Shown piece after piece: positions 20,506 through 29,261 of a stretch of DNA of 64,000 nt. Below the pieces are notes generated by a model, which saw only the letters and a program-made list of their open reading frames with translations, made no database searches and had not been told where the DNA came from. The stretch is from an uncultured Gemmatimonadales bacterium (GTDB lineage: Bacteria; Gemmatimonadota; Gemmatimonadetes; Gemmatimonadales; GWC2-71-9): positions 288,001-352,000 of the forward strand of contig CAVUAK010000002.1 of the NCBI GenBank assembly GCA_963739455.1, written 5' to 3'. Position numbers and translations under genes: made by a program. Position 1 is the first letter of the stretch; every line of letters begins with the position of its first letter.

Positions 20506-20954
20506 CCATGTCGCTACGCGATCGGCGTGGTTTCACCCTCATCGAGTTGCTGACGGTGGTCACCATTCTGGGAGTGCTGGCCGCGATCTCCACCATGCGG
20601 TACCTCTCACTCGAGAACGATGGCCTCGCCGCGAAGGTGGGCTCCGAGATGCAGGAGATCCGGCTCGCCAGCATCAACTATTTCTCGGAACACGAGATCT
20701 GGCCCGGCCCCGCAGGCGCGGGCACCATTCCCGTTGAGCTTGTGCCGCTCCTCTCCGGTGCCACGCAGTTCGACACGCCGAACTACACCCTGGAGTGGGT
20801 GAACGCGGGTGATGGCCTCATCGGCGTGATTGTGCGGGGCACGCGACCCGGCCTCTCGCAGAAACTGGTGCAGCGCCTGGTGTACGGAAGCCCGTACGTG
20901 CCCTACGGCAGCGACGTGATGTACATCATCAAGGCGCCCGGGATCGATATGTAG
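20502..20954 (+). CDS. Type IV pilin/pseudopilin-like protein
   Basis: RRG|FTLIELLTVVTILGVLAAI class III signal with E5. Confidence 0.9.
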   Translation: MTMSLRDRRGFTLIELLTVVTILGVLAAISTMRYLSLENDGLAAKVGSEMQEIRLASINYFSEHEIWPGPAGAGTIPVELVPLLSGATQFDTPNYTLEWVNAGDGLIGVIVRGTRPGLSQKLVQRLVYGSPYVPYGSDVMYIIKAPGIDM

Positions 20955-23027
20955 CCTGCTCCTCGAGCAGGACGACAGCGAAGCCCTGCAACTCCACCGC
21001 CCCGGTCATCGACTCACCCTCGATACCGGGGCGAGTCGTATCCAGCATCAGGCGCCAGGGACCCGGGGGCAGGTGCTGGTGTACCGTTGCCTCGCCCCCG
21101 TTCATCAGCAGCACAATGCGAGTGGTGAGGTCCGGGGATTCTCCTGCCTCGACAGCACCCTGCACCTCCGTGTCGAGCAGGACCGCGCACGGATCGCGTG
21201 CTCGATCGTGCCAGTCGGCCTCGGACATGGCGCCGCCGGAAGCCCGCAGCCAGTGCGCCGCACCACCAGCGGCCCCCTGGCCGGGCAGGAACGTGGAAGT
21301 CCGGAACACGGTGTATCGCCGCCGCAGCGCGAGTACGCGGCGGGTGAACGCAAGCATGTCCCCGGATGCCGGTGAGGCAATCCAGGGCAACCAGCTCAGC
21401 GCGGAGTCCTGGCACCAGGGATTGTTGTTCCCCTGCTGGGTGCGGGCCAGCTCATCGCCCTGGCCCAGCATCGGGACGCCGAGTGAGAACGCGAGCGTCG
21501 CCATCATGCCCCGCGTGGCACGTTCACGGTGCTCGGCGTACGCGCGGATCGGCGGTGGGACCCTCTACTCCCCAGTTGCGGCTCTCGTTCCATTCGGAGC
21601 CGTCCCGATTGCGCTCACCATTGGCCAGGTTGTGCTTGCGCTCATAGGAGACGAGGTCCTGCAGCGTGAACCCGTCGTGGCACGCGATGAAGTTGATGCT
21701 CGCTTGCGGGGATCGCGCGTGCGAGAAGAGGTCACTCGAGCCGCTCAGGCGGGTGGCGAGCTCGCCCATATCGCCCGTACCGCGCCAGAAGCGCCGGACG
21801 GTGTCGCGGTAGCGGCCATTCCATTCGGCAAATCCTGCGGGAAACGCGCCTTGCTGATAGCCACCGGGACCGAGGTCCCACGGTTCAGCGATGAGCTTCA
21901 CGTGCTGGAGGTGCGGATCCGCCAGGATTTCCCGGAGGAGGGTCGCGCCGGCATCAAACGCCAGCGGATCCCGCCCGAGCACCGGGGCCAGGTCGAAGCG
22001 GAATCCGTCAACGTGCATCTCATTCACCCAGAACCGAAGGCTGTCGAGGATGAGCCGGCGCACCATCGGGTGGCGCGCGTCGAGTGTATTGCCGCACCCG
22101 GTGAAGTCCTCGTACATGGCGCCCGAGCCGTCGTGCTGCAGCCGGTAGTAGGCGGCGTTGTCGAGCCCGCGGAACGCCAGCGTCGGCCCGTCCACCGCGC
22201 CCTCTCCCGTGTGGTTGTACACGACATCCAGCAACACCTCGATGCCGGCGGCATGAAGCCGTCGCACCATCTCCCGGAATTCATGGCGCTCGCGGCCAGC
22301 GACGCTCGCGAAGCGGCGGTCGGGGGCAAAGAACCCGACCGTGGCATATCCCCAGTAGTTCGTGAGGCCGTTTCGCGCGAGCAGCGCGCTGTCGGCTGCG
22401 GGTTGAACGGGCAGGAGTTCCACCGCGGTGACGCCGAGGCCCTTGAGGTGCTCGACAACAGGCTCCGCAGACAGGCCAAGCCAGGTGCCCCGCAATGCCG
22501 GCGGCACGGCGGGATGCAGCGCCGTCATTCCCTTCACGTGGCACTCGTAGATCACGCTCTCGGACCAGGACACCGCCGGCGGACGATCACCCTGCCAGTC
22601 GAAATCGTCCGCGACAACCACACTGCGGGGAAGGTGCGCCGATGAATCAGTGGTGTCAGGATGCAGGGGTCCACTGGTTCCGGCTCGATGCGCGACGCGA
22701 AGACTCTCATGCCACCGGATTGCTCCGTCGATGACGCGCGCGTAGGGATCGAGCAGCAGCTTGGCGGGATTGAACAGGTGTCCCGCACCTGGATTCCACG
22801 GGCCATACGCGCGGAAACCATAGCGTGAGCCCGGGCGGGCCACCGCGCTGCGGAGGTGCCACATTCCATCGCCATCCCGCTCCATCGGAAGGCGTGTGGC
22901 GGTCATCGTCGAGCACCAGCTCGATCGACGTCGCGTGGCCGGAAAAGAGCCTGAAGGTGGTGGCGCTGCCGTCCCATGTCGCGCCGAGTGGCGGGTGTCC
23001 GGTGCCGTCGCCCACAGCTGGTGTCAT
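20929..23027 (-). CDS. glgX: Glycogen debranching enzyme, GH13 (frameshifted)
   Basis: PLGATWDG, NPAKLLLDPYAR, NYWGY, DVVYNHTGEG, GFRFDLA, IAEPWD, CHDGFTL, QQGNNNPWCQD. Confidence 0.92.
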
Positions 23028-23329
23028 GCGCGGAACGATAACAAGCGAGCCGGTGCGTTGTGGGGTGACCGAGAATCGTCAGGGGATGCGACACCATGCA
23101 CCGAACTGCGCGCGCCCGGGATCGAAGCGGCCAGGAAGCGATTCTGTCGTCGTCCTGATACAGCCTCGGTCCACGAGGCTCGGATATGGGTCGAACGGCC
23201 TACGTGCAAGGGGCTGCACCCGCCTCTGCATACTGTTATTGCTGAATGGCTTACCGAAGGACCGATGTGGGCGGAGTCGATGGCACGACTCCGGTATTAC
23301 CAAGGGCAACCTCAACAGAAGGCTGCCCC

Positions 23330-23539
23330 ATGTCGTTGCTCGAGTACGTGACGCCGCGCAAGCTTGAGGACCCGGCTGACTACACGACGTCCAAGGCCAT
23401 GCTCGTCAAGGAACGGCGCACCTGGCTCACCAGCGGAGCCAACGTCATCGAGGGGCGCGTGTGGCGCCACGCCGAGATCGTGATCGAGGCGAAGCACTCG
23501 CAGTGGGACCGCGAGAACTGCCGCCAGCGGGTCGCCTAG
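23330..23539 (+). CDS. Small hypothetical protein (69 aa)
   Basis: ATG at 23330; mostly G/C third positions; converges on the rpsD stop; no recognised motif. Confidence 0.5.
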   Translation: MSLLEYVTPRKLEDPADYTTSKAMLVKERRTWLTSGANVIEGRVWRHAEIVIEAKHSQWDRENCRQRVA

Positions 23540-23545
23540 GCTCGG

Positions 23546-24142
23546 CTAGCGCGAGTAGAACTCCACGACGAGCGGCAGCTGACAGATCACGGGGATCTGG
23601 GTTGCCTCGGGAAGCTCGCGCAGCCGGGCGCCGTCACCCCGAAGTTCCAGATATGACGGTGCACGGGTGGCCTCCATGGCCATCACCACCTGCGGAATGG
23701 CGCGAGCCTTCTCCGTGAGCGCCACCTCGTCGCCCGGCTTCACCGCGTGGCTCGGGAAGGAAACCCGCCGCCCGTTCAGCTTCACGTGCCCGTGCACCAC
23801 CAGCTGGCGCGCAGCGAAGATGGTGCGCGCGTAGCCGGCGCGAAGCACGAGCGCGTCGATGCGCGTCTCCAGCAACTGCAGGAGGGCCGCGCCCACGTTA
23901 CCACCCCGTCGTGACGCTTCCTCGAAGTAATTCCTGAGCTGCCGCTCACCAACATTGTACTGCGCCCGCAGCCGCTGCTTCTCCATGAGCTGCCGCTTGT
24001 AGTTGGACATCTTGCCCGGCCGTTGGTTCTGGCCGTGCTGCCCCGGCGTGCCAGGACGCCGGTCCAGGTGCTTCTGCGCCTTGGGCGTGAGGGGAATGCC
24101 GAGCTGGCGCGAGATGCGCACCTTGGGACCGCGGAGATTCAT
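23546..24142 (-). CDS. rpsD: 30S ribosomal protein S4, stand-alone, zinc-ligand-free form
   Basis: GPKVRISRQLG, PGQHG, QLMEKQRLRAQY, LETRIDALVLRAG, ARQLVVHGH, VVEFYSR; no N-terminal Cys cluster; no rpsK or rpoA neighbours. Confidence 0.95.
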   Translation of the reverse strand: MNLRGPKVRISRQLGIPLTPKAQKHLDRRPGTPGQHGQNQRPGKMSNYKRQLMEKQRLRAQYNVGERQLRNYFEEASRRGGNVGAALLQLLETRIDALVLRAGYARTIFAARQLVVHGHVKLNGRRVSFPSHAVKPGDEVALTEKARAIPQVVMAMEATRAPSYLELRGDGARLRELPEATQIPVICQLPLVVEFYSR

Positions 24143-24381
24143 GCGTCGCTTCCTTCAAAGCGGATGCCGAGTGACTGCTCGAGAGAACGGTAGATCTGCT
24201 GGAGGTTCGTGTTGGCCTCACCCAGTGCCGAGGCCAGCGCACCGAGACCCTCATCGGTGACGTGCGCGGTAATGCCGCCCACCGAGATATGGATGGAGCC
24301 ACAGCTGCACCGCTCCACTGCCACGAAGTCATTGGCTGCGAGCAGCTGGAGGGAGCCGCACTGGACTGAACGCGGTGTCAT
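24139..24381 (-). CDS. Small hypothetical protein with CxCGxxH motif
   Basis: 80 aa, VERCSCGSIHISVG; GGAG upstream; stop overlaps the rpsD ATG (ATGA). Confidence 0.7.
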   Translation of the reverse strand: MTPRSVQCGSLQLLAANDFVAVERCSCGSIHISVGGITAHVTDEGLGALASALGEANTNLQQIYRSLEQSLGIRFEGSDA

Positions 24382-24400
24382 CGGGTCTCCGGGTCAGGCA

Positions 24401-24437
24401 TTGAGAATGACGCGCCACGGTTGAGAATGAATGTCAA
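24401..24437. promoter_or_regulatory. Fur/Zur-family operator-like site plus a repeated half-site
   Basis: TTGAGAATGAATGTCAA (24421-24437), an imperfect 8-1-8 palindrome; TTGAGAATGA repeated at 24401-24410. Confidence 0.6.
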
Positions 24438-24474
24438 CCGATATTTCCAGCGCCAACAATGTAACCCGAAGCAA

Positions 24475-24948
24475 TTACTCGGCAATAGGAAATCCTACGG
24501 AGGCCAGCCGATCGGCCGGCACGGCAAGCAGCAGGTCGATTCGCCGCGAAAGGAGGTTCCGCGCCCCCTCGAATGCGCGCTGCTTCACCTCATTCGATCC
24601 CTCCACCTCGGCGGGGTCGTCCATGCCCCAATGGGCGAATGTTGGCTGACCAGGAAAGACCGGGCACGCTTCCTTCGCATTGTCACAGACAGTGATGATC
24701 AGGTCCCAGTGCTGGTTCACGAGCCCGTCGATCCCGCGCGGTTGCCTGCCCTCCCAGGAAATGCCGATGTCGGCAAGTGCCTGAATGGCGTATGGATTGA
24801 CTCGCGCCGCCGGCCGGGAGCCGGCGCTCTCGGCGTGAAAGCGGCCCTGCCCCTTCCGGTTGAGGAGTGCCTCAGCCATCTGGCTGCGCGCCGAATTGCC
24901 GGTGCAGAGGAACAGCACGCGATACGGCTGCCTCGCCAGACTAGACAT
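24475..24948 (-). CDS. arsC: Arsenate reductase, thioredoxin-coupled LMW-PTPase type
   Basis: VLFLCTGNSARSQMAE, ITVCDNAKEACP, HWGMDDPA. Confidence 0.92.
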   Translation of the reverse strand: MSSLARQPYRVLFLCTGNSARSQMAEALLNRKGQGRFHAESAGSRPAARVNPYAIQALADIGISWEGRQPRGIDGLVNQHWDLIITVCDNAKEACPVFPGQPTFAHWGMDDPAEVEGSNEVKQRAFEGARNLLSRRIDLLLAVPADRLASVGFPIAE

Positions 24949-25600
24949 GCTTCGTTCCCTTTCTGAGATAGTCATATGCGACGACGGCGAGGCCCGCGCC
25001 GACCATCGGGCCAACCCAGTAGATCCACTGCTCCTGCCAAATGTCATTCGCGAAGGCTGGTCCGAAGCTGCGCGCCGGATTCATGCTCGCCCCTGTCAGC
25101 GGCCCCGCCATGAGTGCCTCGCCTCCCACCGTCGCGCCGATGGCGAGGCCGGCCACCGCGCCCGCCACGCGTGCGTCGGTCGCCACGGCCATGATCACGA
25201 GCATGAGGAAAAATGTCAGGACACCCTCGAGGGCGACGGCGGATCCGGGAGGCAGGATGGTGGTCGTCATGCTCCCGCGAGCTGACGCACCGAGTAGCAC
25301 GCGCAGGAAGAGGGCGGCGACGGTGGCACCGGTGAGTTGCGCGCCGACATAAGGGACCACGTCAGCTCGGGGGAAGCGTCGGGCCAGCCAGAAGCCGAGT
25401 GTCACGGCGGGATTGAGGTGCGCGCCCGAGATATGGCCAAGGGCATACACTGCGGCGATGAGGACAAAGGCGAATGCCAACGCGACGCCGGTGTGGGTTA
25501 CCGAATCAGGCACGAGACGATCAACCGCCGCTGCCCCCGGGCCAACCAGGACGAGCATGAAGGTGCCGACTGCTTCTGCGGCAAGCCGCGCGCCTTTCAC
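24941..25600 (-). CDS. MIP-family channel (aquaporin/aquaglyceroporin) in the ars operon
   Basis: ISGAHLNPAVT and GASMNPARSFGPA; GTG at 25600 overlaps the arsN2 stop. Confidence 0.92.
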   Translation of the reverse strand: MKGARLAAEAVGTFMLVLVGPGAAAVDRLVPDSVTHTGVALAFAFVLIAAVYALGHISGAHLNPAVTLGFWLARRFPRADVVPYVGAQLTGATVAALFLRVLLGASARGSMTTTILPPGSAVALEGVLTFFLMLVIMAVATDARVAGAVAGLAIGATVGGEALMAGPLTGASMNPARSFGPAFANDIWQEQWIYWVGPMVGAGLAVVAYDYLRKGTKHV

Positions 25601-26046
25601 TTCGACCCTGCCATCCGACGCATGACCACCGCCGAAGCCGGACAAGCCACGGCGAACTCCACGGAATTGCGGATCCCATGCGGCACGTCGCTGCGCGCCG
25701 TCACCTCGAAACCACGGCGATGGAAGAATGCCTCGGCGGTGTCGGTAAGAAGGAAAGTGTGGCGAGCGCCGAGTTCCCAGGCCATCGCGAGGGCGGCGTC
25801 CGAAAGGAGCGCCCCGAGACCGCCACCACGGTGTGAAGGCGCCACGACCACCGACCGCAGCAGTGCGGCGTCACCATAGAGCTCGAGGCCTGCCGCCCCC
25901 ACAACGAGATCGTCGTCCTCGGCGACCAGAAAGTGCTCGAGCTCCTCAGAGAGGCCATCGAGCGGCAGCCTGGCCGCAGCAAGGAGCTCGCAGACGCCAC
26001 GACGATCGGCGGCGCCTGCGATGCGAATGGCGGCTCTCGTGCTCAC
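25597..26046 (-). CDS. arsN2: GNAT N-acetyltransferase, ArsN2-like
   Basis: [47 protein letters not shown]; ars operon context. Confidence 0.85.
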   Translation of the reverse strand: MSTRAAIRIAGAADRRGVCELLAAARLPLDGLSEELEHFLVAEDDDLVVGAAGLELYGDAALLRSVVVAPSHRGGGLGALLSDAALAMAWELGARHTFLLTDTAEAFFHRRGFEVTARSDVPHGIRNSVEFAVACPASAVVMRRMAGSK

Positions 26047-26867
26047 GCAGCCGGCTTCCGCGCCCGGATGAATGCCCCCATGACGCGGCCGCCCACTTCG
26101 CGCGCCAGGACTTCGGTATCGAGGCCCGCCCCGCCAAGGAACGCCGCGGCGTCCTCAAACTCGTAGACTCGCGTCGGCTCGATGGAGACGTCGGTGAAGC
26201 CAGTCGCCTCCAGCATCGAGATGAACTGCCTGCTCCTCGAGCGCGCCTGCCACGCAGCCGACCCAGAGTTCCATGCTGTGGCGCACCGCGGGCGGTACAT
26301 CGCCCCGGATCACCACGTCCGACACCGCCAGCCTGCCACCCGGCTTGAGCACCCGAAAGGCCTCGGCGAAGACCTGGCGCTTGTCCACCGACAGGTTGAT
26401 GACGCAGTTCGAGATGATCACGTCCACCGTATTGGCAGGCAGCGGGATCTCCTCGATGGTGCCCTTGAGGAACTCGACGTTTGTGGCGCCGGCCTTCAGG
26501 CTTGTTCGACCGGGCGAGGGCCAGCATCTCGTCAGTCATGTCCAGGCCATACGCCTTGCCGGTGGGCCCGACGCGCTGCGCCGAGAGCAGCACGTCGATG
26601 CCGCCGCCGCTGCCGAGGTCGAGTACGACTTCGCCTGCGTGCAGGTCCGCGAGGGCGGTGGGGTTGCCGCACCCGAGCGACGCGAGGACTGCGGTCTCGG
26701 GCAAGGGTCGCCGTCTGCTCGGCGCTGTAGAGGTTGGCAGTGATCGGGTCATCGGATCCGGCGCCGCAGGATCCGCCGCAGCAACTGTTCGACTGCCCCT
26801 GCACTACCCTCAGGGCGGCGCCGGCGTAGGCCTGGCGCACCGCTTCCCTCGTGTCGGTGTTGCTCAT
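26043..26867 (-). CDS. arsM: Arsenite S-adenosylmethionine methyltransferase (frameshifted)
   Basis: [52 protein letters not shown]. Confidence 0.93.
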
Positions 26868-26877
26868 TGCAGTGCTC

Positions 26878-26895
26878 CATCAAGAATGGTTGATG
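26878..26895. promoter_or_regulatory. ArsR operator upstream of arsM
   Basis: Inverted repeat CATCAA-GAATGG-TTGATG. Confidence 0.7.
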
Positions 26896-26912
26896 CATTA
26901 GAGCCGAACAAT

Positions 26913-27231
26913 TCAGCCACAGCAGCGGGCCGCCTTCCTCCAGCCGCTGGATGGCGCACTGGTGAGGAAAGGTCGCGACCTCGTCGACCGCTTCGTCGAC
27001 CAGGGTGTAGTAGACCCAACGTCCGTCGCGCCGGTCGGTGACCAGGCCGGCGTCCTTGAGGACCTTGAGATGGAAGGACAGGCGCGACTGGGCGGCGTCG
27101 AGGGCGCTTGTCAACTCGCACACGCACTGCTCGCCCGGCTTGAGCAGGGCGATGATCTCCAGGCGAGTCGGGTCGGACAGGGCCCGGAGGCGCTGCACGG
27201 TGCGGGTGAGGTCGACGGTCGGTTGGGCCAT
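26913..27231 (-). CDS. arsR: ArsR/SmtB transcriptional repressor (1-nt indel near C-terminus)
   Basis: [41 protein letters not shown]; corrected tail KAARCCG-stop at 26913. Confidence 0.92.
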
Positions 27232-27242
27232 GACGTAGTATA

Positions 27243-27260
27243 CATCAAGTTGTATTGATA
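27243..27260. promoter_or_regulatory. ArsR operator upstream of arsR
   Basis: CATCAA-GTTGTA-TTGATA, same ATCAA-N6-TTGAT architecture as the site at 26878. Confidence 0.7.
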
Positions 27261-27331
27261 TGTCAAGCGGGGCCACGACCGAATGACCGGCCCCGGATTG
27301 CGTCGGCGCGACCGACTTGCTAGCCTGCCGC

Positions 27332-27947
27332 ATGACCGACTCAACTCCCAAGGGAACGCCGCTCGGCGCCGGCCGACTGGAAGCGTTCAGCGACGGCGTC
27401 CTCGCCATCATCATCACGATCATGGTGCTCGAGCTGAAGGTGCCGCACGACGACTCGGTCGCGGCGCTTGCTCCCCTGATACCGGTGTTACTGAGCTACC
27501 TGCTCAGCTTCGTGTACGTCGGCATCTACTGGACCAACCACCACCACATGATGCATACCTGCGCCAGGGTGACGGGCCCGATACTCTGGGCCAATCTTCA
27601 CCTGCTCTTCTGGCTGTCGCTGGTGCCGTTCGTCACCGGATGGATGGGCGAGAATCACTTCGCGTCGATCCCGACAGCCTTGTACGGCGTGGTGCTCTTC
27701 ATGGCAGGGATGGCCTACGTGATCCTGCAGCAGCAGATCATCGCGTCGCAGGGTCCGGACTCGTTGCTGACAGCGCGCCGTGCAGGGCGACCGGAAGGGG
27801 AAGGCATCCGAACTGCTGTATCTGGTGGCGATCCTGCTGGCATTTCGGTGGCGGTGGGCCGCGCAGGCGATCTACGTCTTCGTGGCGCTGATGTGGCTGG
27901 TGCCCGACAAGCGCATCGAGGAGACACTCGCCAGCCGGGGGAGCTGA
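27332..27947 (+). CDS. TMEM175/DUF1211 family potassium channel (frameshifted)
   Basis: RLEAFSDGVLAIIITIMVLEL signature, YWTNHHH, NLHLLFWLSLVPF; C-terminus WLVPDKRIE in a shifted frame. Confidence 0.9.
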
Positions 27948-27975
27948 CCAGTGAGAAGCCTGGTTTTGTATCAAG

Positions 27976-28061
27976 TGCCCGGAGCAGGACTCGAACCTGC
28001 ACGAGGATTGCTCCTCAACGGATTTTAAGTCCGCGACGTCTACCAGTTTCGCCATCCGGGC
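27976..28061 (-). tRNA. tRNA-Leu(TAA)
   Basis: GCCCGGATGGCGAAACTGGTAGACG...GCGGA-CTTAAAA-TCCGT, long variable arm, GGTTCGAGTCC T-loop, acceptor TCCGGGC-A; CCA not encoded. Confidence 0.95.
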
Positions 28062-28075
28062 CTACCACCTGTAAC

Positions 28076-29234
28076 CTACACCGGCTGCGTCAGCGGTCGA
28101 TCTTCACACCGCCGCTCGCCCGACCTTCCCACACCTGCGGCGTGCGGCCGTACTTCCGGCGCAAATCCCTCCTGGATCCGCGCCACCACTGCATCCGCCG
28201 ACCGCTCCGGCGCGAGGACGATCACGACGCCACCCCACCCTGCCCCGGTCAACCGCGCGCCCGTGGCACCCGCTTTTCGCGCCAACGCGACGATGGCGTC
28301 GGCCTCATCGCACGACGACTCGAAATCGCGACGCAGCGAGTCGTGACCGGCGTAGAGAAGTTCGCCAAACCGAGTCCGTCGACCGCGGCGGAGCGCGTCC
28401 ACCCCTTCGTGCACTCGCGCCGTCTCCGTCACCACGTGCCGGACCCGTCGCGCCAGCGTTCTCGGCAGTTCGCGCCCGACCCTCGGCAGCGCCCGAACGG
28501 GGATCTCGGCGAGCGAGTTCAGTTCCGGGCATGAAGCGACGGCATCGTCGCAGTGCCTCCTCGCACTCGATGCGGCGGTGCTCGTACTCCCCGGCCACCA
28601 GCGCGTGGCGAAGCCCGCTGTCGATCATGCGCACGCTGCCTGTGAACGGCGCCTGGCGTCGTTCGCCCGTTGCGGCGTCGAACTCGAGCGCCTTCCCCGC
28701 CCGCCCGAACACCGCGATGGTCTGGTCCATCCGGCCACAGCGCACGCCGGCATAGCCGGTTTCGGCGCGCCAGGCGACGTCGACCAGTGCGTCGGGGGCG
28801 AGGCGCCGGCCGGCCAGCGTCGACAGGGCCGCCGCCGCGCTCACGGTGAGTGCCGCCGACGACGAGAGCCCCGCGCCCGCCGGCACCGTACTCGCCACCG
28901 TGACGTCGGCACCGGACAGGTCGACGCCCAGGGCACCGAGCTCGCGCACCACCCCGACCAGGTAGTCGGACCAATGACCGCGTGGCCCGTCCTCGATGCG
29001 CCGCTCCACCACGCCCGGCTCGAGCGTCGACGCAAAGCGAAAGCCGTGCGCCGGCCGTGCATGGACGACGGTGCGGAGGTCGAGGGCAATCGGGAGGACG
29101 GGCCCCCCGTTATAATCGGTGTGCTCACCCAGCAGGTTGACGCGGCCGGGCGCCGACGCGGATACCTCCGGCGCCGTGCCGAAGAGTTCGCGAAAGAGTG
29201 CATTCCCGGCTTGTCGCGGTCCCTGTTTCGCCAT
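28076..29234 (-). CDS. galK: Galactokinase (GHMP kinase; frameshifted)
   Basis: APGRVNLLGEHTDYNGG, GAGLSSSAA, CGRMDQ, GARLTGAGWGG. Confidence 0.88.
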
Positions 29235-29261
29235 TCCGCAGTGCCCGTCGGAGGAAACCTG

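Noticed and set aside
16936..23052. 12-bp inverted match ACAAGCGAGCCG at 16936-16947 and 23041-23052 as inversion ends
   Set aside because: A 12-mer match is expected by chance at this scale, no recombinase is present, and the enclosed tyrA-aroA-cmk genes keep the orientation of rpsA
23281..23296. Sigma-54 promoter TGGCACG upstream of the small ORF
   Set aside because: The -12 TTGC element is missing (reads CGGT)
24475..27231. Selenocysteine or stop-codon recoding in ars genes
   Set aside because: Catalytic positions are ordinary Cys codons; the breaks are frameshifts, not in-frame TGA
27976..28061. Active integrative element at tRNA-Leu
   Set aside because: No integrase and no duplicated tRNA 3' end found
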